Part shown: one piece after another, positions 28,850 to 38,026 of the stretch
Layout of the letters: each line of letters opens with the position of its first letter
Position numbering within the stretch: the stretch's first letter is position 1
Source: an uncultured delta proteobacterium
Lineage (GTDB): Bacteria; Myxococcota_A; Polyangia; Fen-1088
Reading direction: 5' to 3'
Length of the DNA: 64,000 nt
NCBI GenBank assembly: GCA_963767925.1
Contig: CAVYGB010000008.1
Coordinates: 2,944,001 to 3,008,000, forward strand
Notes under the pieces: model-generated
What the model saw: the letters and a program-made list of their open reading frames with translations, nothing else
Databases searched by the model: none
Told to the model about the DNA's origin: nothing
Position numbers and translations under genes: made by a program

Positions 28850-29177
28850 CGCCGGCGTTTCGGCCCGGGGAACGCGCGGGATACGCCGGAGGTCCATCCG
28901 GCGATCGAGCCGCGCGCGTCCGGTGCGCGCCGATCTTCCGTCGAGGATCGTGTTCGAACGTCGGCGCGGATCTTCCTCGGCGACGACAAAAAAAAACAAT
29001 TCTTCCAAACCCGCCGTGAGCAGCAGCACCTGATTGCGCGCGCGTTCTCGGTGTGAGTCCGCAGTCGATCTGATCGCGTGGGCGAGGAAAGCCAAACATC
29101 GTCACATCGCTTTCCTTCACCTACGAACGAGACTATGGTATCGCCCGGAGCTGACGACTCTTCCAGGAGGACACTAA

Positions 29178-29750
29178 ATGAAACGTAGTCTCGCTATGAC
29201 AGTGCTGGCCCTCGGACTCATCGCTTTTGGTTGCGATGATGAACCGAGCGGAACCCCGGACGCCGCGTCCGGTGGTCGCGGCGGCTCCGGTGGCTCGGGT
29301 GGTTCCGGCGGCACCGGCGGCGGCACCGGCGGTACCGGCGGTGGCACCGGCGGTACCGGCGGCACCGGTGGTCGCGCTCCGGATGCTCGGCAGCCGGACG
29401 CCAACCGTTCGGAGCGCCCTCGTGACTCGGGCGGGGCCGATCGGGCCGGCGACGGTCGCCGTCCGGACTCGGCCGGTGCGGACACGGGTGGCGCTTACGC
29501 CGACCTTTGCAGCAGCTACCAGGGTGGCGGTCTGCTGGCCGGAATCTCGGCTGGCGACTTCTGCAACCAGTACATGAACACCTGCTCGTTCGGAGCGAAG
29601 AACCGCCCCTCCAACATGGGCGATTGCGTGAAGAAGTACGCGGCTTCGGGCAACCAGGGCCGTCGCGCGGGCTTCCTCTGCAGCGCCAAGGGCGGCCTCG
29701 GCCTCCAGAACTGCGATCGGGCGGCGGGCTTCGGTCTGACCGTCGAGTAA
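29178..29750 (+). CDS. Gly-rich lipoprotein with a six-Cys C-terminal domain
   Basis: AGGAGG SD, IAFG-C lipobox, GGT/GGS linker, followed by a terminator. Confidence 0.8.
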   Translation: MKRSLAMTVLALGLIAFGCDDEPSGTPDAASGGRGGSGGSGGSGGTGGGTGGTGGGTGGTGGTGGRAPDARQPDANRSERPRDSGGADRAGDGRRPDSAGADTGGAYADLCSSYQGGGLLAGISAGDFCNQYMNTCSFGAKNRPSNMGDCVKKYAASGNQGRRAGFLCSAKGGLGLQNCDRAAGFGLTVE

Positions 29751-29772
29751 TCGCGACAAGCGGTTCGAACAG

Positions 29773-29808
29773 CGCCCGTCACCCTCCGGTGGCGGGCGTT
29801 TTTCTTTT
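29773..29808 (+). terminator. Rho-independent terminator
   Basis: cgcccgtcacc-ctcc-ggtggcgggcg stem followed by tttttctttt. Confidence 0.88.
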
Positions 29809-29861
29809 CTGACGCGCAAATCGGAACAATCGGAGGAGCAGCCACGAGAAAAATCCCCCGG

Positions 29862-29890
29862 TTGACGCGTCGCCCGTAACCTATTATAAG
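29862..29890 (+). promoter_or_regulatory. Sigma70-type promoter
   Basis: TTGACG-N17-TATAAG, 72 nt upstream of ATG 29963. Confidence 0.7.
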
Positions 29891-29962
29891 GACCCCCTGG
29901 CGTGGTTCCGATGGCGGGCTGAGCCGTTGATCTGAGACCCCGAGTCCGACAAAGATTCAGAC

Positions 29963-31744
29963 ATGCGCCTTCCCTTCCGTGCCTGGACCGCGCTCGCGTT
30001 TTGTTGCGGTCTGGTACCGGTGGCCAGATCGGCGGAGGCGCAAGGGCCCGCCGGCGGTCTCCGCCTGCGTTACACGTTCCAGCCCGACTGTTACCGGTCG
30101 TCGCTGAGCGCGGCCTGCGAGACGCCGAAGACGAACATGCGGCTCGACCTGGGCCCCCAGATCGCCGTCTGGCTGGAGAAGGCCGACCGCAGCACCTTCG
30201 TGGCCGACCTCATGGTCACCAACCTGACGGCGGTGCGGGGAATCGGAAACCGCCCCGGCTACTGGAAGTTCCCCTCCACCTGGCGGTTCCCCTACGGCAA
30301 GCGGAAGATGTCGCTCCCGGTCTGGGCTCACGCCCGCGGCCGCCTCTACGACACCGTCATGATGCAAGACGATGGTGGCGACTCCGGGGGCGAGATGGGG
30401 ATCGGCTTTCACGAGTCGATCTCGTCGCCCGACCCCTACCACTGTCTGACGTTCATGACCTCGCAATGGGTCTTCAACGCCGAGACGGTGGACGCCATCA
30501 CCTGTCCCACCGGCGTGTTCAACAGCTCGAAGGGCCGCCTCGACAGCAGCCAGAAGACGCCCTACCCACCCCGCAGCGACCTGGTCGACTTCATCGACCG
30601 GGACTGCGACGTGGTCTGGAACCAGCCCGGGCAGTGCCCGCAGCAGATGAAGAGCTCCACCCGCTACGCCACCATGAACGACCTCGACATGGTGGCCGCC
30701 GCGACCCCCCTCTACGGGCGCCCTTACACCGGCACCTGGACCATGCCCGCCGACCTGCCCGACGGGGACTACGCCCTCATGGTGGAGATCAACAAGGAGT
30801 TCGACGGCAACGCCAGCCACCGCTACGAGTCCTACGTCGATCCCCGCCTGCCCGACGCCGGCTTCACCAACAACTTCGGGCAGCCGGCGGTCGTGTACCG
30901 GGTCCCGATCCGGCTCGATCGCACCGCCGCGGAGCAGGCGGTGGCGGTCGACATCACCGGTTACGCGGACTGGGACGGGGCCAGCGGCAAGTTACACCCC
31001 GCCGACGCCACCATCAGCGACGCGCCCGGCTCGGGCCGGGGCCGCCTGCTGACCATCGATCAGCCCTCCGTGAAGGGGGGGCCGGCGCTGCGGGGGCGGG
31101 TGCACGTGCTGACCGAGGTGGAGGCGAACCAGGGCCGCTGCCGGCCGTCGCTGATCGGCACCGGCGAGGTGGCCACCCTGGAGGTGCCGAGCGCCACCGT
31201 GACCGCCACCCAGGCCACCGTCCAGTTCGTCGAGCCGGCCGACGGCGACGGCCCGGTCGAGCAGTTCGACATCCGCTACCGGCAAGGCCAGAGCCTGACC
31301 GAGGAGGAGTTCGTCAGCGCGATCCCGGTGCCCACCGTCGCCCCCACCGGCCCCGGCGCCTCCCGCAGCTTCACCCTCCTCGGCCTCAAGCCGAGCACCC
31401 CTTACGTCGTCGGCATCCGGGCCACCGGCGGGTGCCTCAAGCAGGGGCCCCTCGCCCGGCGCACCTTCGTGACCCCGATGCTCGAGTTCAAGCAGCTCTC
31501 CGGCTGCTTCGTCGCCACCGCGGCCTACGGATCGCCCCAGGAGCCCCGCCTGGGCCCCCTGCGCCGGCTGCGCGATTCGGCGCGCCCGCGCAGCCCCCTG
31601 GCCGCCGCCGCCGTCGACGCCTACGAGCGGTCGAGCCCGCCGGTCGCGGCGGTGCTGCGCGAGAGCGAGCTGGCCCGGGCGCTGGTCCGCCGGCTGCTCG
31701 CCCCGCTGGTCGAGGCCCTCGACCCGCGTACGTCTTCGAAGTAG
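29963..31744 (+). CDS. Secreted protein with FN3-like domain and CFI-box-CTERM-like tail
   Basis: Signal peptide, PQIAVWLE, GLKPSTPYVVGIRA (FN3), GCFVATAAYGS..LRRLRD..YERSSPP. Confidence 0.78.
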   Translation: MRLPFRAWTALAFCCGLVPVARSAEAQGPAGGLRLRYTFQPDCYRSSLSAACETPKTNMRLDLGPQIAVWLEKADRSTFVADLMVTNLTAVRGIGNRPGYWKFPSTWRFPYGKRKMSLPVWAHARGRLYDTVMMQDDGGDSGGEMGIGFHESISSPDPYHCLTFMTSQWVFNAETVDAITCPTGVFNSSKGRLDSSQKTPYPPRSDLVDFIDRDCDVVWNQPGQCPQQMKSSTRYATMNDLDMVAAATPLYGRPYTGTWTMPADLPDGDYALMVEINKEFDGNASHRYESYVDPRLPDAGFTNNFGQPAVVYRVPIRLDRTAAEQAVAVDITGYADWDGASGKLHPADATISDAPGSGRGRLLTIDQPSVKGGPALRGRVHVLTEVEANQGRCRPSLIGTGEVATLEVPSATVTATQATVQFVEPADGDGPVEQFDIRYRQGQSLTEEEFVSAIPVPTVAPTGPGASRSFTLLGLKPSTPYVVGIRATGGCLKQGPLARRTFVTPMLEFKQLSGCFVATAAYGSPQEPRLGPLRRLRDSARPRSPLAAAAVDAYERSSPPVAAVLRESELARALVRRLLAPLVEALDPRTSSK

Positions 31745-31771
31745 CGCAGCAGCCGGCGGCCCGGCTGGCGA

Positions 31772-33205
31772 TCAGTCGACCCGGGTCTGGCAGCCGAAGC
31801 GGAGCTGCACCGAGACCCCGGCGGTGTCCTTGACCCGCGTGCAGGTCGCCGGGCAGAGGAGCACCTGGGTGGGGCGGCCGCCCAGCGGATCCACGTCGTA
31901 ATACCAGCCGCCGCGGGCGGGATCGCAGCGGTCGCTGCTGACCACGTAGCGCAGGTCCTCGCTGCCGGTGGGGGCCATGTAGCGGACGTTGACCTTCTCG
32001 AAGTCGATGATCCCGCGGGTGGGCGGCGGGATGAGGAACGCGCAGCCCAGGGCGGTGCCCCGGATCTGGTTGACCGCCTCGAGGAAACGCTGGCTGAGGT
32101 CCGTCCCGGTGGTCAACACGAAGGGATCGCCGGTGCCACCCGCGGTGGCCAGCATGTCGAGGGTGGGCATGGCCCGGATGAGCTGGGCCTGGGAGAACGT
32201 GCCGATGACGTAGGTGGTGACCGGGGGGGTGGCCATCCGGGCCTGGGTGAGCGAGGCCGCCGCCTGCCCGGCCGTGTTGCCCCCGCAGCCGGTGGGGAGG
32301 CCATCGGTGGCGACGACGAGGACCTGCTTGCGGCTGGCGTCGGCCTGGGCGCGCGCCCGCAGGTGGTTGAGGGCGCCGCGCACCGCCGGCGTGGTGGGCG
32401 TGCCCCCCTGGGGGATGGTCATCGCCAGCGTGTCGGTCATCAGGGTGGCGCTGCTGGGCAGATCGCCGATGGCGACAACCGGGGTCTCGTAGCTCTCGGG
32501 CAAGCAGCTCGCCGTCTGGTTGTCGACGCACAGCTTGGGGCGGGCGGTGCAGGTGTCGCCGGCGACGCCGCCGGGACAGGGCTGGCCCATGCCGGTGCAG
32601 CGCAGGCCCGTGCGGGCGCACAGGCCGTACTCCGTGCACGGCTCGACCGAGCCGAGGGGGCAGGTGGCGACGTGGTTGCAGGCGGCCTCGGTCGTGGCGA
32701 CCCGCGCCGGCTCGGCGCAGACGCCCTTCTGCTCGCACACCGCCCCGCCGCACTCGGCGTCCATCGCGCAGCGCTTGCTGGACGGGGGGAAGAAGAGCAG
32801 GCCGGCCCCCAGGCCGGCCGACTTGGGATCGCGGACGAAGGTCTGCAGGGCGTCGCGAAGGGCGACCCACTTGGACTGGGCGCCGGCGCTCTCTTCCATG
32901 GAGCCCGAGATGTCGACGAGGAACAGCAGATCGACCGGCACCAGCTTGCCGTCGTGCGCTTCCTCGGCGCAGCTCGGGCCCACCGCCGGGGGAGCGGCCG
33001 GGCCGCCGGCGCCGGCGTCGGCCCCGGCGGGCGGCGCGGGCGGCAACGCGAAGCCGGGGCCAGCGTTGCCGCCGCTTCCTCCCGGGGCGGGGGCTCCCGG
33101 CTCGGCCGTAGGCTCTGCCGTGCTGCCGCTGACCTGAGGCCGGCCACACGCGGCGGTCAGCCAAGCCGAAGCGAACAGCACCGCGAGCGGAATGCGACCC
33201 AGCAT
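31772..33205 (-). CDS. vWA-domain lipoprotein with Cys-rich insert
   Basis: LTAA-C lipobox, MIDAS DISGS, GTPT, VATDG; GGWYYD..LCPATC C-terminus. Confidence 0.82.
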   Translation of the reverse strand: MLGRIPLAVLFASAWLTAACGRPQVSGSTAEPTAEPGAPAPGGSGGNAGPGFALPPAPPAGADAGAGGPAAPPAVGPSCAEEAHDGKLVPVDLLFLVDISGSMEESAGAQSKWVALRDALQTFVRDPKSAGLGAGLLFFPPSSKRCAMDAECGGAVCEQKGVCAEPARVATTEAACNHVATCPLGSVEPCTEYGLCARTGLRCTGMGQPCPGGVAGDTCTARPKLCVDNQTASCLPESYETPVVAIGDLPSSATLMTDTLAMTIPQGGTPTTPAVRGALNHLRARAQADASRKQVLVVATDGLPTGCGGNTAGQAAASLTQARMATPPVTTYVIGTFSQAQLIRAMPTLDMLATAGGTGDPFVLTTGTDLSQRFLEAVNQIRGTALGCAFLIPPPTRGIIDFEKVNVRYMAPTGSEDLRYVVSSDRCDPARGGWYYDVDPLGGRPTQVLLCPATCTRVKDTAGVSVQLRFGCQTRVD

Positions 33206-33262
33206 CGGCGCAGCCTTTCCCAGACCGGCCGGGTTGTCAATCGGGCGCGGACGCGTCGGGAG

Positions 33263-34393
33263 TCAGCGCGGCCGCTGCGCCGTGGCAGGCGGCGTCGTTC
33301 GAACCTCGGGCGCCGCGAGCAAGGCCTGGCAGACGGCGGGCAGGGGCGGAGGCGGCGGCGGCACGATCGGGGGAGCGCCGGGAGCCGTGCGGGGCTCCCG
33401 CCCGCGCAGCGCCTCTTCCGACTCCCACCAGGCGATCTCGCCGCAGCCGTCGCCCGCGGGCAGCGCGGGCTGACCATCGCAGCCGTCGCTGTCAGGAGGG
33501 CACTTGAGGCGGACGTGGAGGTGGTCGTGGTGGCCCCACCAGGGGCGCACCGTGCGCAGCCACCCGCCCTCCCCGACCGGCCTGGCCGAGGCGGCGGCCG
33601 ACTTTCCCGGGCCACGGCTGGCCTTGTTGCCCTTGCTGGCGCCCTTGCCGGGCTTGCTGGCGGCGGCCAGCGCGGCCGCGGCCGCCCTGTCGCACAGCTC
33701 GCGCTTGATGCGGGGATTTACGAACACCCGATCCACCTCGGGGTCGGAGGCGGCCAGCTCCACGAGCTGCGCGACCTTCGGGTTCCACTCCGCGGTGAAC
33801 GTCCGGGTGGTCAGATCGACGACGGGCACCTGTGAGAGCTGCTCCCGCTCGGCGGCCTTCATCGGGCGGCGGGCGAGCCAGTCGGGCCGGGTGAACCCGA
33901 TGTCGACGTCGAGCCCCGACTGGTGGCTGCGGTGTCCGCTCGGGGTGGGTCCGCCCCGCGGCTGGCCGAGATCACCCACGAGGAGCGTCCCGACCTTCGC
34001 CTTGCGGGCCGCGGCCGCCAGCCGCTTGATATAGGCGACGAGCGCGGGGTGTCCGTAGCGCCGGTTCCGCCCCAGGCGCATAAGCTCGTAGCCCGGGCCC
34101 GAGCGGGGCAGCGCCATGCCGCCGACCAGACACCCGTTGCTGTACGCGCCGAAGGCGCCCGGCTTGCCAGTGGCAGGGTCGCGGAAGCGGCTGAAGCCCT
34201 CGGCGCGCATCTTGAGCGTCTCGGTCGGCACCACCGGGACGCCGAGCGCGCTGGCGGTCACCTCGTCGGCGGGCGCCGGGACGGGCCCGTCGGGGTCACT
34301 GGCCGGGTCGCCCGGCGCAGCTCGGGCCAGGCCCGCGCCGAGGACGACGAGCGAGAACGCGGTCACGCCGGGCGCGAGCACCGAGCTCAACAC
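33263..34393 (-). CDS. mepA: Penicillin-insensitive murein endopeptidase
   Basis: GAYSNGCL, RNRRYGHP, GHRSHQSGLDVD, WWGHHDHLHVRL. Confidence 0.9.
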   Translation of the reverse strand: MLSSVLAPGVTAFSLVVLGAGLARAAPGDPASDPDGPVPAPADEVTASALGVPVVPTETLKMRAEGFSRFRDPATGKPGAFGAYSNGCLVGGMALPRSGPGYELMRLGRNRRYGHPALVAYIKRLAAAARKAKVGTLLVGDLGQPRGGPTPSGHRSHQSGLDVDIGFTRPDWLARRPMKAAEREQLSQVPVVDLTTRTFTAEWNPKVAQLVELAASDPEVDRVFVNPRIKRELCDRAAAAALAAASKPGKGASKGNKASRGPGKSAAASARPVGEGGWLRTVRPWWGHHDHLHVRLKCPPDSDGCDGQPALPAGDGCGEIAWWESEEALRGREPRTAPGAPPIVPPPPPPLPAVCQALLAAPEVRTTPPATAQRPR

Positions 34394-34565
34394 CGGTGAC
34401 GATACCGCACGTCCGCCGATCGAACAAATGACCCCATCCGGCAGCGGCGCGCCGGATCACGACGCGGAGCCCGCTTGGATATGCAGATGTCTCGTCGTGG
34501 TGAGAAAAAGTACGACCCTCCCCCAATCTCTGAGTGCGGCGCCCATCTCTAGCGGGGAGGTAAGA

Positions 34566-35147
34566 ATGATGCACGGTTTCTTCCGGGTCGGCACCTTGGC
34601 GGCGCTGGCCCTCACCACCAGCCTCGTGGCTTGTATGCCCGGGCAGCTCGACACCTCGAGCTGGTTACCAGACGCGAGTCAGACGACTCCACCTTTGCCT
34701 TCGCCGGATGCCCAGCCTCCCGTGATCGTCGACGCGGCGCCGTCGCCCAGCCCCGACACCGCGCCACCACCCCCGGCGCCCGACGGCGGCGTGCCCGACA
34801 GGGCCCTCAGCGCGCCCGACGGCCCCGTGGCGGCGGAGAGCTGGTGCAGCAACGGCGCCGAGATCACCGCCCGGATCTTGCAGCCCAAGTGCGGGGCTTG
34901 CCACAGCAGCGCGACAAAGGCAGGCAGCCTCGACCTCATCACGGCGGGGGCGAAGATGCGCCTGGTCGACGTCCCCTCCAGCATCTGCCAGGGGGCGCCC
35001 CTGGTGACCATGACGCCCCAGGTGGGTGGGCACTTCTTCGTCAAGCTCGAGTCGGCGGTGTGCGGCGATCGGATGCCGCCGGCCGGCCTGCCCCCCTTGA
35101 ACACGGCCGAGATCGCCTGCCTGAAGGCCTGGATCTCCCCGCCCTGA
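34566..35147 (+). CDS. Lipoprotein with a single c-type heme motif
   Basis: GGAGG SD, LVA-C lipobox, Pro-rich linker, CGACH, distal RMPP, ..LKAWI. Confidence 0.72.
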   Translation: MMHGFFRVGTLAALALTTSLVACMPGQLDTSSWLPDASQTTPPLPSPDAQPPVIVDAAPSPSPDTAPPPPAPDGGVPDRALSAPDGPVAAESWCSNGAEITARILQPKCGACHSSATKAGSLDLITAGAKMRLVDVPSSICQGAPLVTMTPQVGGHFFVKLESAVCGDRMPPAGLPPLNTAEIACLKAWISPP

Positions 35148-35238
35148 CGTCGTCTGGTGAAAACGTTTCAACGCTGACTGCAGCGGTGTCTACGCGTTCG
35201 CTTCGTTGTCGTAAGCCCCAACCCGGAGTTCGATAAAA

Positions 35239-36567
35239 ATGAAGGCCCCCCCCGTTCGTTTCGCCAGGATCTCGATCCGTCTCGCGCTTGTCGCCGGCGT
35301 GATCGGTCTGGCCAGCCCCGCGCTGGCCAGACCGAGGGTCGCCGTGTTGCCCTTCCAGGGCCCCGCCGGCGAGCGGGTGCGCGGCGCGGTCGTCAGCGGG
35401 CTGGCGACCGACTTCGAGGTTGTGTCGCTCAACGAGATCCGCCGGGCAGCCGGGAGCGTGAACCGGCCGATGGGACCGGCTGCGCTCTGGCAGGTGGTCT
35501 CGCGGCGCCTGAACCTGTCGGCGGTGATCAAGGGCAAGGTCACCGGCGGCCGCCGCTGGCAGGCCCGCCTTGTCGTCAATCAGGCCGAGACCGGCACCAG
35601 CGTGGGCTCGGTTGTCATCTCGGATCGCCGTCAGGTCGATCTCGTCCGGCAGACGGCGCGCACCGCCCCGCCCCGGCTGGTCGCGCTCGTGCGCAAGACC
35701 GCGGGGGGGCCGGCCTTGGCCCGGCGGGGGCGCGGGGCGCCCGGCGAGCAGGTCGCCGCGGGCGGGTCGCGTTCGCTCGAGGGGGGCACGACGGACGCCA
35801 GCGACGGCGGCGACACCGGAGACGTCTCGGACACCGGCCTCACCATGCGGGCGGTCCGGGCCGCGCCGCCGGCGATGCTCGAGGCCTCGATCGGGCCGCG
35901 GGCGATCTTCCGGACCTTGACCTTCAGCGACAACTACTCGGGCGTGCCGGGCTACCGGCTGCCGGGCGCACCTGGTGTCGCCGGCGAGGTGTCGTTTTTC
36001 CCCGCCGCCCGCATGGGCACCTGGGCCAGCAACATCGGCGTTGTCGGCGCCTTCGAGTCGACCCTCGGCGCGACGACCCAGAACCAGGGTGGCGCGGCCC
36101 CCTCGCCCACCCGCCACCTCGGCTACCGCGTCGGCTTGCGCAGCCGCGTGCCCGTGGCCTTCGCCGCCCTCCTGCTGGGCGCGGACTACGGCGAGCAGCA
36201 CTTCATCCTGCAGCTCCCCGAGGGAGCGATGTCGCCCGAGAGCCACTACGGCTTCGTGCGGCCGACCGTCTCGGGTCGCGTCACCCTGGGGCGCCTCTCG
36301 TTCGAGCTGTCGGGCGGCTACCTGCACATCCTCGATGCGGCCGGCCTGACCGCGGCCGGCAAGTTCCCCCGGGCCACCATCCGCGGTGGCGACGCCGCCA
36401 CCTCGGTGGCCTACGCCTTCGATCGCGGCCTGCAGGTGCAGGTCGGCGCCGACTACCGGCGCTACGCCTACACCATGAACGCGCAGCAGGGCGACGCCCT
36501 CCTGGTGGGCGGCGCCCTCGACGAGTACCTCGGGCTCAGCGCCCTGCTCACATACCGGTTTCGGTAA
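35239..36567 (+). CDS. Secreted protein, probable outer-membrane beta-barrel with N-terminal alpha/beta domain
   Basis: Signal peptide, RVAVLPF start, amphipathic strands, ends LLTYRFR. Confidence 0.65.
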   Translation: MKAPPVRFARISIRLALVAGVIGLASPALARPRVAVLPFQGPAGERVRGAVVSGLATDFEVVSLNEIRRAAGSVNRPMGPAALWQVVSRRLNLSAVIKGKVTGGRRWQARLVVNQAETGTSVGSVVISDRRQVDLVRQTARTAPPRLVALVRKTAGGPALARRGRGAPGEQVAAGGSRSLEGGTTDASDGGDTGDVSDTGLTMRAVRAAPPAMLEASIGPRAIFRTLTFSDNYSGVPGYRLPGAPGVAGEVSFFPAARMGTWASNIGVVGAFESTLGATTQNQGGAAPSPTRHLGYRVGLRSRVPVAFAALLLGADYGEQHFILQLPEGAMSPESHYGFVRPTVSGRVTLGRLSFELSGGYLHILDAAGLTAAGKFPRATIRGGDAATSVAYAFDRGLQVQVGADYRRYAYTMNAQQGDALLVGGALDEYLGLSALLTYRFR

Positions 36568-37138
36568 CCGTCAGGATGCGGCCCGCGGCGGCGGTGAACC
36601 GCTCGCGGGCGATGCGCAGGCGCGTGTAGACCGTCTTCAGCGGAATCTGCAGCGCCTGCGCAATCTCGTTGGCGGGCTGGTCCCAGAGGTCGTGCATGAC
36701 GAGAACGGTTCGATGGCGGACATCGAGAAAGGTCAGCGCCCGGCGCGCCAGCGCCCGCGCTTGCTGCCCCAGCAGGGCGGCGTCCGGGCCGGGCGTGGGG
36801 TCCTCGGTGTCGAGGCGAACGTCGGGCAGGATCTCACGCTTGTGCCGGGACAGGCGCAGGTGGTCGGCGGCGACGCGGAAGGCGACGCCGAACAGCCAGG
36901 GCCGGATGGGCCGGCTGCGGTCGAAGGTCTCGAGGCGCCGGTAGACCGTCACGAAGACGTCTTGCGTGACGTCCGGCACCTCGGCCTCGGCCACACCCAG
37001 CCGGCGCAAGCTGCTGCGCACATACTTGAGCTCCTGGGCGTAGATGGTGGCGTAAAAGAGCTCGAGATCCCGAGAAACACCCGTGAGCGCGCGAGGTTCC
37101 GACACCTCGGGCGCGCCCTCGGGGAGTGGCCTGCCCAT
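36548..37138 (-). CDS. ECF RNA polymerase sigma factor
   Basis: DVTQDVF, RPWLFGVA, EIAQAL.IPLKTVYTRLRIAR. Confidence 0.88.
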   Translation of the reverse strand: MGRPLPEGAPEVSEPRALTGVSRDLELFYATIYAQELKYVRSSLRRLGVAEAEVPDVTQDVFVTVYRRLETFDRSRPIRPWLFGVAFRVAADHLRLSRHKREILPDVRLDTEDPTPGPDAALLGQQARALARRALTFLDVRHRTVLVMHDLWDQPANEIAQALQIPLKTVYTRLRIARERFTAAAGRILTVTETGM

Positions 37139-37255
37139 ACGAATAGTGTAGTACGAACAGTAGTGTATCGAACATGAAATGCGCCGCAAAATAGAATGCC
37201 CTGAGAGAAAGCTCAGGCGAATCGTTTACCTACCTCTGTCTACATCGGTTGCTTC

Positions 37256-38026
37256 ATGATGGGGGGCATGCGTGGATCGGTTCGCGTCGCCATCGTCACC
37301 GGGGCGGGCAGCGGCATCGGGCGTCAGGCCGCCCTCGCCCTGCTCGAGGATGGGTACGCCGTGGCCCTCGCCGGCCGCCGCGGCGAGCCGCTCGAGCGGA
37401 CGGCGGAGCTGGCCGGCGCGGCCCGGGAGCGGGCGCTGCTGGTGCCCACCGACGTGAGCGATCCCGACGCGGTGTCGGCGCTGTTCGCGCGCACGGTCGA
37501 GGCCTTTGGCCGGCTCGACGTGCTGTTCAACAACGCGGGGGTGGGCGCGCCCCCGGTCCCGCTCGAGGAGATCACCTTCGCCCAGTGGAAGACGGTGGTC
37601 GACGTCAACCTCACCGGCATGTTCCTCTGCACGCAGCGGGCCTTCGCCCAGATGAAACGTCAGGATCCGCGTGGGGGCCGCATCATCAACAACGGGTCGA
37701 TCTCGGCCCAGACGCCCCGCCCCCACTCCGCCCCCTACACCGCCACGAAACACGCCGTCACCGGCCTGACGAAGTCGAGCGCGCTCGACGGCCGGGCCCA
37801 CGACATCGCCTGCAGCCAGATCGACATCGGCAACGCCGCCACCCCCCTCACCGAGCGGATGCTGGTCGGCGTGCCCCAGGCCAACGGCACGACGATGCCC
37901 GAGCCGCGCATGGACGTCGGCGAGGTCGGCCGGGCGGTGGTCTACCTCGCCAACCTGCCCCTCGAGGTGAACGTCCTGTTCATGACCCTGATGGCGACCA
38001 AGATGCCGCTGGTGGGCCGGGGCTAG
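37256..38026 (+). CDS. Short-chain dehydrogenase/reductase
   Basis: [17 protein letters not shown]. Confidence 0.92.
   Translation: MMGGMRGSVRVAIVTGAGSGIGRQAALALLEDGYAVALAGRRGEPLERTAELAGAARERALLVPTDVSDPDAVSALFARTVEAFGRLDVLFNNAGVGAPPVPLEEITFAQWKTVVDVNLTGMFLCTQRAFAQMKRQDPRGGRIINNGSISAQTPRPHSAPYTATKHAVTGLTKSSALDGRAHDIACSQIDIGNAATPLTERMLVGVPQANGTTMPEPRMDVGEVGRAVVYLANLPLEVNVLFMTLMATKMPLVGRG

Noticed and set aside
29018..29040. Sigma54 promoter (cagcacctgattgc)
   Set aside because: Lacks the invariant GG at -24 and the spacing is one base short
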